A stretch of 63,663 nucleotides of DNA, filler included, from Bigelowiella natans CCMP2755 (taxonomy: Eukaryota > Protista > Cercozoa): NCBI GenBank assembly GCA_000320545.1. It is 7 parts of 7 records of this genome, joined end to end, with 100 filler letters (N's around TTAATTAATTAA, not from the genome) between each part and the next. Parts side by side here need not be neighbours in the genome. Positions count along the whole stretch, not along the records: positions 28,540 to 53,982 come from ADNK01001283.1; 6 more parts are not named here. The stretch is one strand, 5' to 3'. The position numbers and the translations under genes were made by a program. The notes under the pieces were generated by a model. The model did no database searches. It worked only from the letters and a program-made list of their open reading frames with translations, and was not told where the DNA came from. Shown piece after piece: positions 38,987 through 53,123 of this stretch (its first letter is position 1; every line of letters begins with the position of its first letter).

Positions 38987-39209
38987 CTAAATCGTGCTAA
39001 ATCCCCCATCGAATTGTGTTGTAGAGGTAGGCCTACCCCTTCCCGGGAAGCTGATATGCGCGCTTTTCCTTTGCTTTTCTTCATCTTCATCATCTTCTTC
39101 TACGTCCTCTTCCTCTTGCAGTGCCGGGACTGTCAGCGCGTTGAACTCGAATACGTCGTTTGTTGACTTCGACCAGTTCTGGGTTGCGAAGCTACTAGCT
39201 ACCAACATC

Positions 39210-39259
<50 letters not shown>

Positions 39260-40100
39260 CACGTAGCAGCATTAAATACAGTGAGAAAGCACTTGTTAAT
39301 TTGTACTTGCTTGTACGTTTGGCAATCGGCCATGCTGTTAGCATGCGATGTGAGACTTCGCATGAAATCCACTCTGTTTTTGTGCGCCTATACTCCACTA
39401 TAATACACATCCAAGCGCCAACACGGTACTCATCGGTATCGTCACCACCACCATCATCATCATCATCATCATCACCCACTCGCACAACATTCCTACCCTC
39501 CTTCAGGTTGACGTGACTGATGCCGCAACACCGCCCCCCAAACCCCAATTCGACACTACACCTCGGTGCGGTACCTATCCCTCCGTTTCTACGCATGCCT
39601 GCCGCTGCTGCCGAGCAAAACATGAGAAAATAAAAGAGGAAGAAGAAGAAGAAGAAGAAGAAGAAGAAGAAGAAGAAGAGGGAGGTGGGATCTGGCAATT
39701 GGAAGATCGAATTTGGCGCCGGTCGCGCGTGTGCTACCTTGCGTGCATGCTTAACTAGCGATGTTTCAACGAATAATGGTGATTAGGAGGGGGGGGGGAG
39801 GAGCGGGGATACAAACGTTCTTTGCTAACCGGCCGCATCACACGGCGAAATCATCGGCGCTTTTCGTTTTGGATTTTGTTTTGCGATTTCTCCCCTTTCG
39901 ATGTCAAGCACGCTGACTGACTGAGTGACTGACGGACTGAGAGCTGCCATGTTGGAACAACCTGCGTTCATGATGTTCTGTAGGAAGCTTATCAACGATA
40001 TCGGCGGGGTGGGTTTCCTCCCCGGCTTTAGTCGGTTCCCAGTGTTGTGGTTTGATGGGGAGATATGCGTATTCAAGGTCCGTAAGAGTTTCCAGCCCCA
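38987..40100 (-). CDS. Uncharacterised multi-exon protein with acidic C-terminus
   Basis: Exons KPTPPISLISFLQNIMNAGCSNMAALSP, GISHVNLKEGRNVVR, FATQNWSKSTNDVFEFNALTVPALQEEEDVEEDDEDEEKQ..*, separated by microsatellite introns. Confidence 0.4.
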
Positions 40101-41397
40101 TGACCGAAAGCAATAGAAAATAGAGAACAAGGGGGGAGGGGGGGAGGAGGTAAAATATATGATGTTTGAAGGGGGGGTAAACGGCGGGATGGGGGGTTCC
40201 TCATTCACATCGACCTTCGCTATACGTTTTTTTTTTCACTAGCGCTAATGCTGTGCTCCTAGCGAGGTTAGATATGCAAAAGCCAAATTTGTATTACTCT
40301 CGGGGTGTTCGGATGCTGTACTTGTCTTTGTTGTGTGACATATTGCGAGCCAGCTTACAAAATATCATCATTTTTCTCTGAAGCGAACGTGCTGTGTGCA
40401 CTCTTGTTTATAGTTTCCGCCTTTAAATGTCCTGATAGCGACTCGGAAGGAACGGCGATAATAGCACATTCCCCATTCCGTGTTATGTGGTTTGTCCAGA
40501 ATGGACATTAGATCATTACAGCACTGCCAACTGCCAACATCTTCTTATCTAGTTGTGTGCAACATCGTTGGTTGGGCCTGCTTCTCTAGATATCGATTTC
40601 GATTTGTAAAGAACATATTCTCGATGTACCTGCCGTTAAATTGATGATGATAGCAAACCCAAAAATGAGCAAAAACCTTTAACAACAGGTGTGCAGACGA
40701 CCGACATGATTTTCATTCTGCATTCCTCATCATTCAAAGCGTAGCGCGAGGAAGCAGCGCTAGCTAGATGTAGCGGCGCAGCGCGACACACGCTAGCACG
40801 GAGGCTACTCGATCGATGCGCTAATGCGCGCCATGATCACTAGATCATTCTCTAGTGCCCACATGCTCCGATGTGCTCCGATCCACCACATTTTACATTG
40901 TGCTAGTATGCTAGTATGCTACATGCATAGCTCTATAGAGCTGTCCAGTAACTAACACGCCGCAACTATCGCTAGCTCCATGCGTACCGCGTGCATCATC
41001 ATTTGTGCTACGCCTGCGATCCCCATTATTACCCCCATTTCCAGCTATAAGCACAATAAGGCACCAATGACCAGTCAACTATTGATGTACATAGCGTCTG
41101 CTGTCGTGCAAGCTTATCGACCACGCAGCCGTTGCAGCTCTAATTTGATCTCTATCTAATTTCGATCGAAAATTTTTACATTTTTGTGTGAGAGTGGAAC
41201 AAGCTAGGATGCTCGGATGCACACATATGTACCGTTTTTTAATATTATATCACCGTTTTTTCTTAGGCTGCTAGATGCGGAATCCCCACCTCAAATGATA
41301 GTATTGAATCTTTAAGACTGCAAGTCTTTTGATGGATTTATTGGTATAGTGCTGGATTTAAAACACCCTGGCGGGTTTGGCACGGGTTAAAAGTTGC

Positions 41398-44300
41398 TTA
41401 TAACTGAACGACACGAATGTTTTTTGTCTTCTTACTGGACCTACCCTCTGTCACGGAACTACCGCTCACCTCCGCTTTGCTTTCATCTTTGGCGTCGGGA
41501 TGCTGGCCACTAGAGCAAGGGTCTTTACTGCTAGAAGCTTTCAAGAATATTCCTTCACCTCGCTGCCTTGTTGATAGAGGCGACATAGGTCCTATGGTTG
41601 CCACGCCATATCCTCGTAAAGGTTTCGTTCGACCTCGCCCTGATGATTGCTCGCTCACTGCGCTCTCATCGCCGCTGGATAACTCGGGTACATTTGGGGT
41701 GACCCCGAGTAGTTGGCGGATCTTGTCACTGCGATTCTTGCGCCTTCGCCTGTCTACTATCTCAGCTGCTTCGTCAGTGGTCTTAGGCTTGTGTTGCGTT
41801 TTCATGTCAGATTCATCGAGTTCGCCACCCAATAATGCTCGTAGCTTCTCAAACTTCCCCTTGTGCCGCCCCTTTTTGTCGCCACCTTTCATTTTAACGA
41901 TTCCTCTCTTGATACTTCCCATAGATCTCGAAACTATTCTATCATTTCCCAAAGCAGCTCTTCTTCGGTACTGCTATCATCGCTAATGACAGAAAGCCGA
42001 GGATCCACCTGAGTGCCATCGTGCCATTGCCAAACCAAAAAATATTGAAAAACAAAAAATCACATCATCAATTTTCTGTGTGAGATTCTCTAAAAAGAGG
42101 AATCTTGCGTATACAACGCCCGGACCTTTTCGACGGTGTCGTCTCCTTCTTCTCGTCGAGCCTACTATCCCTGATTCCAGGGATTGTGCTAATCGTGGTG
42201 GCATGCTGGCAATCAGCGGTAGCAAAGCTGGGCTGCTCGTGAGTGTAGAATCTGAAGGGTTTTTGGTTCCTGGTGCGGTTCCTGATCGAGTTAAAACCGG
42301 AGCAAGGGATGGCAGTGAGTCGGTTCCGAAATGCGGAAATAGGGACACCAAAGATGACTTCGTGCACATTCGTCGTCCAGAAGGATCCGCCCCGGCCTTC
42401 AACTCAGACCTATTAGAGCAGAACCATTATAGATGAGAGTCTTGCATGGCCTTAATTTTATGTAAGTGTTACTTACGCAACATCGGGGGGTTCTTTCTCT
42501 TCCTCTGTCAGGAATACTTGAATCTCAGGAGAGAGAGCAGCACTGCCAAAGTAATCCGAGCAATGTCATTGGAGGAAAAACGTAGATTTGGTAGTTAAGA
42601 TTTCTCTCTGTCAATATTATGGTAAATAGCGATTGCTAATATTTACTGCTTCTTCATCGTTGAGAGGTGTAGGCTTACCCTATAAGTCTTATACTAGAAG
42701 CTGCTTGATCGGAAAAGGAACCTTCGTGAACACAATCGTAGGGGTACACCGTCAAAACTGGCTTTCCAAAGACTGAAAAGATTCAAATAATAATCTGCGT
42801 GCACCGGGCCAATAGCTCGTAGTTTTCTCGGCTGATGACAATACTCCTAGTTCCTTGTTTATATGAGAGGAAGAAAATTATTATTTGACGTCTTATAGAA
42901 TGACAAGCGCATTACCTTATAGGCAGCAGCTACTAGCTGGGAACAGAAATATCTGTGTAAGAGAATATCTATGGTATATTGCATTGCCAGAGTTTGATTT
43001 TTATGATTCATATGTAGAAATATGAGTGCTAATAGCATGTTGCGAACCCATCTTGCGTCTCGTCACCAGTAATAGCAGACCTTCGAACACATGTTGGAGT
43101 AACATTATTATAAAATTGAGAATTTTCGTGCGCAACCATGGTGGTCAAGCGCCAATTAAATTACCAGAGAGAGTAATTTTTGGTATGCGCATTTGTAGCG
43201 AACTCGGACAGACGCTATCATCACACACATAAATAAAGTTTGTTTTCATCAATCATCTAAAATCTCGAAAAATAATATACATGACTCACGTGTGAGCTGT
43301 GGGCAGACATGTTTTATTTGCCGTTTTTCAAACTCCTAAACAAAGTTTACGATGGTCTCACCTTCAATGCTTCCATATACTTTCGTCTCGCCGCTTCAGA
43401 AGAATTTTTGGAAAGCTGATCGACATTAGACTAAAATCATGTTTCTGAAGAAATGTTTGCATTCGTCTATTTACCGGGGGGACATCTTCATCGTTGCGTA
43501 TTTGTAAATTGTATGGCTCGTTGTTAGGAAGACATTTCAACTTCTGCTTGGAATCGTCAACCCCAGCTGTAATATCAGCAGTGTGGGAAGCATTGGTGGT
43601 ATTATCTGAGCATTGCAATTCGATAAATAAGAGATGGGTTAATAAATGGTTTGGACGATAGAGTGAAAGAGAGTTTAGGGGGGAAACTATAAGTTGGTGA
43701 ATAAACTCTAAGACATGAGACCCACAAGTTATACTTGATTTCGTTTCAGATGAGATAGTGGAGATGAGAGTTCCTCCAGGATTATTTCCTTCGTTCTTGA
43801 GAGGGCTCTTATAAAAGAAGAATTTGACTTTTTCCTACACACTTTCATCATTTACAAGCTTAACCATACGTACCTCAGCCTCAGTTCGCAAATTCTGTTT
43901 AGGGGCACATATGTATCACCACTCACTTTTATTATAAGATCAATAAAATCGGGAAATTTACCCAAAAAAGCCTTCTAATGGCAACCTTGGCGTCCATTTC
44001 AAGAGCATTAGTGACTTGCGACTCCAGTGGATTTATCTTTATCCCATGCGCACTCTGTAGAATTAGGGAAGATGAATTGTAATAACGAGAACTTGGTGAC
44101 TAGAAACGTTAACATGACCGCTTCAAGCAAAACTAGCGACGTCACCCTTTTAGAGTTAATCGGCGCCCGCATCTATCAATCATGCAAGAAATAAATTGAA
44201 ATTCAGACTACGGCTAACAAGTATATCCAAATGCAAGTACCACAAAAGCCACATGATCATATTCGCTGCGTGTTACAACTCGTTGCACAGATGCGGTTAG

Positions 44301-45096
44301 CGAACGATTTTGAAAAAGAATTATCTGAACAAAAACATATGTCGGTCATAGAATCTTTGATGCAGTGCCTACTTGTAATTATAGAGGAATGTGTATGTAC
44401 ATCTCCAATGTCCAACATTGGAAGCATTTCCTGAAAGCTCATCGTTTGGCCAAAGATAGTTCCTAGCAAGATCATTTATACAGTTAATGCACACAAACTT
44501 CACAGGATTCAATTGATTCAAAATCTTTAAAATAAACCATGTTCCCCTTTGAACGAAGAATCTGTCACACCTGAAGATACTCCGATTTCATTCGAGCAAA
44601 ATCATAAAAAAAATAACGAAATTAACCTAGGAACGACATTAATTCTATGCTCTTCGATATCGGCGGGACTGTCAGCATCTGTCGTTGACACCAGAGAGAA
44701 TAATAAGGATTGCCAAAAATGAATTTGTTCCGCATCTACTCAAAGATCACCCTGTGGATGTATGCTTCAAATGCCGCCTGTTAACAGAAACGAGGTCGAT
44801 ATCGATGTAGTCAGGTCGTATCTAAACAACATGTGGCTAAATGATCTACCCTTCGTCTCAGTACAGCCTTTGTTGAAATTAGACGAACATGATTTATAAG
44901 AAGAATACTTGAAGTTTAAATTCACTACATATCCAAAGTATTGATGGTGAAGTATACTAGTTCTGAGGCCTTTCCAAAGGTTTGTGATGGGAAAGGCGGA
45001 AGCGATAAGGAATTCATTGTGTCTCCGAATTTACTGAGTAACTGATGGAAATACATCACTCTTAAAAATTAGTGTGAACACACACACACGCAGATG

Positions 45097-45132
<36 letters not shown>

Positions 45133-46144
45133 CACCGAGGCATATAAATCTGCATTACACATGTTTTGAAGCTACAATTAACAAATTACTCTTTTATGAA
45201 GTGATTGAAACTCTGAGTATCGCCTAGAGACAGACCATGAGAATGCGCCATTATCACAGTGAATCTATTGTGTATTAAAATATAAGTTTTCAGTTGTAAT
45301 TATCTGCTTAGCAAAACTATTCTTCTTCGAACTTTGTACGCAACGTAGTAGCGCTTTATATCCTTCATCTGTTGAGGCGTTAAGGTATGAAATTTTATCC
45401 ATTAAAGATCATCATAATTGTTAAGGGACATATTTTAATAACCTTCTTTGTTGATGTAATAGAACATATCTGTTCCAATACATTTGATTCAGAAAACTAA
45501 ATATTCGCAGACGTAAAATAATGATACCACTGCCAATGCTTTTGAAGCTACAAACTTATTTAATCTAATTCAAATAGACAATGAGTGACTCTATCTTATT
45601 ATGTCTATTAGAGAATATTTGTAGTTCTACTTGTGGATCACGTAGTTCTTGAAAGACACAAGCCATCTTTCCAAATTTACAAGGGTTTCTGCTGCCAGTA
45701 CATACTTGCGATCTTCGGAGGCTAGCTAATGTATACGCATCATTATGGTAAATTTAGATCCCTAAAATGTAAACATTGATGTAAAGCTAGAATTGAAGAA
45801 CCTCAAAAGCGAACTTTTGAGAGTACTCATCCTCTGGAACAGGCATTACGTACCCTCCAATCTCAAAGATGGTCGACCCCTTCTCTAACTCACTCTGCAT
45901 CAAACATTCGAAATTGGTTGCACTAAGAATTCGGTGTTAGGCTCTTCTTTTGATAGAAAATGGATTCGGGTTTCAACTTGATTGTCCTCGTAGTATGAAA
46001 GCGTTCCATTGACGAATCGAAAGTATCTCCGTTTCCATACACCCAGGGTTCCTCTTTTTAACAAGTAACCCTCGAACCCAACCACCTGTTTTTACTTCGT
46101 TTCAATAAACTTTCCAAGAATTCCAGTGCAATGTATACCGCCAT
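41398..46144 (-). CDS. PH + PX domain protein with long low-complexity C-terminus, many short AT-rich introns
   Basis: PH: MA|VVGFEGYLLKRGTLGVWKRRYFRFVNGTLSYYED..KFAFE..RKYVLAAETLVNLERWL. PX: AFSWSVSRRYSEFQSLHK (~45190-45249), SLPPFPSQTFGK, AFEAYIH. The last exons are ORFs 41983-42402 and 41398-41952. Confidence 0.8.
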
Positions 46145-46705
46145 CCTGGCACGCAGTAGCAGGGGGGGAGGACAAGTAGAGACAAATCCCTAATGTCCAA
46201 ACACTCTGATTTTGTTCTTGCCCTCTTTTTTCGTTGTCGCTATTCGAAATCCTACTGCGATTGCAACTGGGCGTGTGATCCGTCCCTTTTTTGCCATTTT
46301 GAGGCATAGTCTAGCGTTCATCACAACGACTACTCGGGAGGTAACTAGCCGAAAACAGAGGCTGTTTCCTCCCGCTCCCCGCTGAAAGCCCCCAGAAATG
46401 CACGGAAACGCCCTTCCAAGTCGGGAGGCATGCAGGCACTGGCGCACTGGAGGGCTTCCTCTTCATCTTCTCACTGCGACAAGCGACATTTCAGGCGGAT
46501 GGCTATCTGTGAAAGAAGGAATAAATTCAGAGGGCGAACGAGGCGCGACATTCTAACCGAACATCTGGCTTACAAAAAGGGAGTAGATGATGATCCTTTA
46601 TATTTGTATCAAAAACAGGCTCTAAACAGCATCTGCGACTAGGTACTATAGCACTAACGGAAAAATGGAACAAAGCTACCTGACCCATAAATAGACCGAC
46701 GAACA

Positions 46706-49521
46706 ATGGCGACGGTGTCCGTCGCCTGGTTGCTCTGTACACTCATAGGAGTAACCATAGCTTTACAGGAGGGCCCTGTATCCCCGCGTAGTCATTTCAT
46801 TCACGGAGCACTCGATCTTGTAAGCACGCAACAGATGCCTTCACATTCAAGACGCTTGCACATTTGAACGTATGTTTTGTAATCACCTAGACTTCTCATA
46901 GGCCAATTGAGGCTAAATCACGGTCAGTTGGTGCATTTCAAAACATTATGACACTTAAATACCTAGTTCCTCAGAGAGTCGCTGGTTTTCATGATTTTCA
47001 AAGGAAAGTCCTGTTAAATGATAGTTCACTTGGTGTCTATACTATTGGATTCCCGGAGAGAGATGAACAAATGAGGAACTTTCTAAAGAGTATAGGATTG
47101 CTTAGCGAGGCCAAGATTTTGCACGGAATCTCTCCACAAGACTTGAGTCTTTCAACAATGGTGGGGTTTATGTACCATTCAATGGCATCTTCTCCTTATG
47201 TGCATTCTTTTAATTTCTCATCGAGATTTCATCAGACTATAGGACAACAGGAGCAAATCATACAATATCTGATGAAGTAGCTACAACATATGCACACCTG
47301 AAGGCTATTTCCACCTTTTTGGACTCAAATGCTGGTAAAATGATTTTATTGCAATTGATACGTCGTCACAATTTGAGAATACTCCCACCACCTTCTTCTT
47401 ACCAGAATACGCCCTTATATTCGAGGACGATGCTACATTTGAAGAGGATCATCAAGAAGTTCTTTCTACGCTCGCAAATTCAGAGCATGGTATTAGTCCT
47501 ATGGCAGTTGTCAATATAGCTAATGCTTTATTACATTACTTAGGAAAATTATTTCAGGATATGATACTTCAGCTTATAAAAGCAGCGCCTGTGGGTTGGG
47601 ACGAAATAAATCTAGCTCGCTGCTTGTCTGTTTGCAAAAGACAACGCCCTATGGTGCCTTATTGTCCTTCATTTTATATCTTTAAATCACACCATTTTTA
47701 CAAAATCCTATGATATCAGGTTAAGCTCTCTGCTTTAATATCTATCGTGGATGCTCCTGATCAATTATGTTCAGTTGCATATCTTCTCAATAGAAGATCA
47801 GCTAATTTTTTAAAAAGCACATTTATGAAACCCTTGCGGTAGATATGTAATACCTAGATGTCAATGTCTCGCGACTGAAATTCTATTTATTTAGATTTTC
47901 AAACGACGTTACCAAAGTTAATGCACACAAACAAGGTAAGTACAATCAGTATTCTGTCACGCCCCGCATTTTCAGACAGGATGGAAGATGTGGTGTCAAT
48001 GGTTGCGAAGACCGCGAAGAGTGTCTCCCGCAAAAGCGCAAACAAAAGTCAATATGCATTGGTTTGGACCTCCCATGTGAATGGACAAAGAGGTGTCGCT
48101 CTGTCGATATATCTGCGCCAGAATCATCTCAACGCCTTCATTTTTCCATGGCCTCGAACCTCCCGCAAATAAAACTTGACAATCTTGATCATCTCCGTAA
48201 GGACCTTCGAAATAAACATCTTCGGATCAGATCAATTTATAAGTTTCTGGACGGGTGTGGCTTTTTTACATTTCCGCTAATTGTCATGGTAACTCTAGAT
48301 CTAAGCATTAGAAATCTAACCATTGTGATACATTCTTACATATTTAATTTAAAATGTTACACCAATGCGGTCATGGCCGTCATGACCGAATGCCTTAGTT
48401 TTTCCTTATGTGCAGAACCAGTTACTAGTGGCTAAGCAGTACGGTCTTATTGGAGATAAGAAACCTTTTGTGTATATGCCCGAGAACCAACACTATCACG
48501 ATTGTGTTAAGTCAAAGCGTGAGTATTCCAATAGATTCCCCGATTTTTGGGAAAAATGGTTCGAACCAGTCTCAGCAATAGATTGGAGAAACGTTGACGA
48601 ATCTGATGTGTGGGAATTCACTCAAGATTCGATTCTCTCCCTTCATTATCATCATCAAGGAATTCACGCATATCCCTACGCCGTGGATAAGTCCGAAGAA
48701 AATTCATCCTGGATCACCACAATGAGATCACGGGCTATTCCGATTGTTAAAGAATACATAATTCCACGACGTGAACAGCTAGGAGCAGCCTCCAAAGCCT
48801 TTCATCATCTTTTCAAGAGTTCTGACAAAGTCTTGGCGATTCACATGCGAGGTTTCTCTAATCTTCCCAAGCCATATCTTAGCTTGATATAGCAATTCTA
48901 TTCTACTCCACTTAGGCACCGACAAGTTTGTCCATCCAAAGGTCAAGAATGTTATCGTTTGTCGTAGTTTCTTATTTTCCATAGATAGAGCTTTAATATG
49001 TGGTGTTGTTTGCGGTATTGCGCATAGGTCAACCCAGAGCTTTATGCCATTGAAGTCCAACGTTATCTCGATAAACACAAAAATGGAATGATCTTTCTCG
49101 CAACGGATGACAGGAGTTACATCGAAAATATTCGCCCGCGTTTTGTGGACAGGGTGAAATGGCTTCCCGCAATGAGGACATCACGTAACGTACTATACGA
49201 TGACAACGTGGACAAGGATGCAAAGGCTAGCCAGGTAATCTTTCGATTCTCATATCAGATATAACATATAACCTCTAAATTTGGCCTTACCTGACATCTT
49301 CTTTACAGGTGCTTCGCGAGTGTCTCCTTCTTGCAATGTCAGACGAATTGGTGAAGTGCTGGTCTGGAGTTTCAGAATTTGCAGTGTACTTCAGGAAAAC
49401 TATGTACTCGAACGTTCCATCTTTCACAAGGATTGTCGACCTGGAGGCTACGGATGTAATGGCCTCGAGTAATATCGCTACATATGAGAATGAAGCAAAT
49501 AACTCTTCATCGAGGCTGTAA
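46706..49521 (+). CDS. Secretory-pathway bifunctional glycosyltransferase: GT25-like domain + NodZ/FUT8 (GT23)-like fucosyltransferase domain
   Basis: Signal MATVSVAWLLCTLIGVTIA. GT25: EVATTYAHLKAI, YALIFEDDA, APVGWDEINL, LCSVAYLLNRRSA. GT23: GCGFF, FWEKWFEPV, VLAIHMRG|TDK, IFLATDD, ECLLLAMSDELVKCWSGVSEFA. Confidence 0.8.
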
Positions 49522-50488
49522 ATTTTTCAACATCTGAATCTGATCCCAGCAACCAGTGGAATCATGTGCTCATTTGTGAGGTACTGCGTGATAGCCGAAT
49601 CATGTATGATGTTAAATCTAAGACAAAATGTTTCATTAGTAAACTGTGCTGGGATTCAACAAACGTTGAGCTTTTTGGCGTTCGGAACATACGCATGATG
49701 AATTTTTACTACTTGTAGCTGTGTAGTCTGGCTATGCCACAGCTGCATGCACATCATGCACAACGCCTAGACCTGTACACACAGCTCTAGAGCTCTGGCA
49801 ATGCACAAGGCACACAGATGATGAAGCACTCCAAATTTCAGTACGTCACATGTGCATGTCAGCATGCTAGCATGCTTGCCAGCTTGTTGCTAGCTTGCGT
49901 CGCCATGTCACTTTGATTCTCACCGCATTCTAGCATTCTAGCATTGGACAGTGAACAATTTGATTCTGTTTGCATGCTACGCGCACGCTCATGCCATCAT
50001 CGTCCCGCATGAATCCCACGGCGTCTTGTTGTTGATCGCACATCCACTGGTCCAGACAGATTGTGGTGCGCAATCAAAATGAAAATGTGTGTGCACATCA
50101 CATTGCATGAACACCGGCTGCTGCTACTGCTGTGCTCGACTTTCCGGTGACATTGAAAACATTTATTCGCCCGGAGAATAACTGAAATTTTATTACAAAT
50201 GAGGAGTTTCGGATCCCGTAATTCCGCTCAATCTCTTCCTTGATTGGCCGAATTCCGGATGAAATGCAGCGAAAACATCCTTGGATTTGTTTGCCAGCTC
50301 TGTGCAGGTTGCAGGTTGCGAGCGAGCTTTCTACGGGGGATCATCTCATTCGAGCGACATGAAAATGTATTGTCGCAGTGGTAAAATACCCGATGAATTT
50401 CTTGTCGTAAGGGGAAATCGCATCGACAACCAAAAGCTGGCCAAGAATCAATGCAGAGCCCGTCCCTCCTCGAGGCAGAACTACGACG

Positions 50489-51415
50489 GTGATAACGACG
50501 AGGAGGAGGGGGATACCGAACACGAGGACCGAGCCGTATGCTTGCTGCTTCCAGGATCGTACTGGTACGTGGGCGGAATCGAGGGGCTCTGCTGCACAGT
50601 GGGGGGCGGTTCAGCGAGCTCTACACGCCTACACCCGCAGAGCACTTAGCAGGGTTCTGGTTTTGGAAGAGTCTGGAGTGTCTTCTAATGAATAGGGGAG
50701 GGAAGACCCCGAACAAACTTTTTATGAACCCCTCGGTGTGAGGTATAGACCGCTCCCATATGTATGTATTTTCCCTCCCTCCGTCCTTCCCTCCCTCCCT
50801 CCCTCCCTACCAACGCCTCGTTGGTGTTGAAGATGCTTGTTGTGGTGGTTGCACACAGCCCCGGGGCAACAGCCGCGGAGATCCGGAGAGCTTATATCAA
50901 GATGTCTAAGAAGTAGGAAAATAATAGAAGGGGGGGAAAGGGGGTGGGGGGGGGGGGGGGGCGTTACGTCGTTGCATCGTTGCGGGGAATGCTGCTCACA
51001 TATATTGTGAACACCGTTATCATCCTCATCCGCGTCAATACGGATTATGCGCAAGCACCGCACCACCTGCACGAATAGGAATCATCAATCAACTAGATTA
51101 TCGAACGAAGCTGGGCCGACGAGCCAGCAGGGGTTATATCAGGATTATGTCGGCATTCGGTTTTGATTTTCCCCTTCGTTGCGATTGACACTCTCTGCGC
51201 TGCTACTGCTGCAGCATCGTTTGTCGATTCTATGGGTGAGCATGCTTGCTATCCGCATGCAGATACCACCCAGACGCCTCGGGAAACAGCAACACGCATG
51301 AGCAGTTCTCCAGGATTTCGTCAGCGTATAAGGTGGGGGATATGACGATGATGATGATGATGAGGAGGAGGAGGAGGAGGAGGGAGAGGAGGATGAAAAC
51401 ATTTTTTTTTGGCAC

Positions 51416-51463
<48 letters not shown>

Positions 51464-51517
51464 GTGCTTTCTCAATGCAGATATTATCCGACGAGACAAA
51501 GAGGTAAAAGCGCAATA

Positions 51518-51551
<34 letters not shown>

Positions 51552-51628
51552 TTTTGTTTTTGTTTTTGTTGTATACGTTCATTGTATGTAACTCTAGTAG
51601 CGCACATGGACAAGCAAGTGTGCAAAGT

Positions 51629-51676
<48 letters not shown>

Positions 51677-51677
51677 A

Positions 51678-51719
<42 letters not shown>

Positions 51720-51821
51720 TATAAATATTTATATTTTACAAAGAAGCCATTCTAATGCATAAATGGCTGCGTATTGTGTCAGGCATACTTTGCGCAATTC
51801 TTGCAGTACTTATCATATCGC

Positions 51822-51871
<50 letters not shown>

Positions 51872-52035
51872 CGCCTCTCTGCTTGTTTTATATGAAAAAT
51901 GCAACTGATATGAGTAGGAGAGAGTACGATAACCTCCTCGCCTCGCAGAGGCCTATTGACCACGAGACGATTCTCAATCAAGATGGCGCAGGTGGTGGGG
52001 TTGCGTGAGAGGATTATAATCTGTATATATTAATG

Positions 52036-52079
<44 letters not shown>

Positions 52080-52432
52080 CGTGTGTGTGTGTGTGGGTGT
52101 GTGTGTGTGTATGTGTGTATTTTGAATATTCAAATTATTTGTTAAAAAAGGGGGGGGCATGCCAGTTGTGGAATATCCTGAGGTTGATGTGGACAGGGTA
52201 AGTAGTAGAAGTAGAAGTGGAAGCCAGTAGTAGAAGTAGTAGTAGTGCTAGGCAGTAGTAATGGTAGAACCCAATATCCCCCCATCAGTGTTCGGTTAAA
52301 AAGGGGGGGGGGGGGAGCGGGGAGGGCTAGATGTTTTACTGGCCAAGAGAGGGCTATAAAGTCTTGTTGTTGGGGCCAATATCATCAGTGATGCTCTGCA
52401 GCGCTGTCGGGGGATTTTTTGTTGTGTATATA

Positions 52433-52473
<41 letters not shown>

Positions 52474-52710
52474 TGCACACATAGACGTATATAATGTGTT
52501 TAATAACGGAATGACCTCGCACATACTACCACCGTGTTCTTTGTTAGTCCTGCTTCGTCACACGACCGTCAGGGCACATCATCCCGGTGAGATCACAACG
52601 CAGGAAGAGCAGGAGAGCAGGAGAGCAGGAGAGCAGGGGGGTGGGGGGGAAGGGATAATAATAGTCATCATCACCATCACCCCATCACCATCATTCACGG
52701 CTTAATCCAA

Positions 52711-52765
<55 letters not shown>

Positions 52766-52866
52766 ATATGTCACGCCTTTGCCACGTGTACATAATTGAA
52801 TGCATGAGCGCCTCTCCTCTCTCCTCCTTCCCCCTCTTCCTCCTCCCCAAAAATGACTTTTATAAA

Positions 52867-52905
<39 letters not shown>

Positions 52906-53084
52906 TTATCTCTGTCCTCTCCCCCCCCCAAAAAAAAAATCAGATGCCACCGTGGCTAGCATTGCTCCTCGCTAGAGGGGGTTGGCCTCAGGTAGTGAAG
53001 AACGTAAACGGAAAAACCGCAAGCGAAGCAAATCGCTGATGATGGTGTACGCATGGTTATCCTGTTTGCACGTCGGTGTTTGGC

Positions 53085-53123
<39 letters not shown>

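Noticed and set aside
39935-40030. PTPPISLISFLQNIMNAGCS resembles the PHO80-like cyclin motif
   Set aside because: Downstream cyclin-box residues not found; left as uncharacterised.
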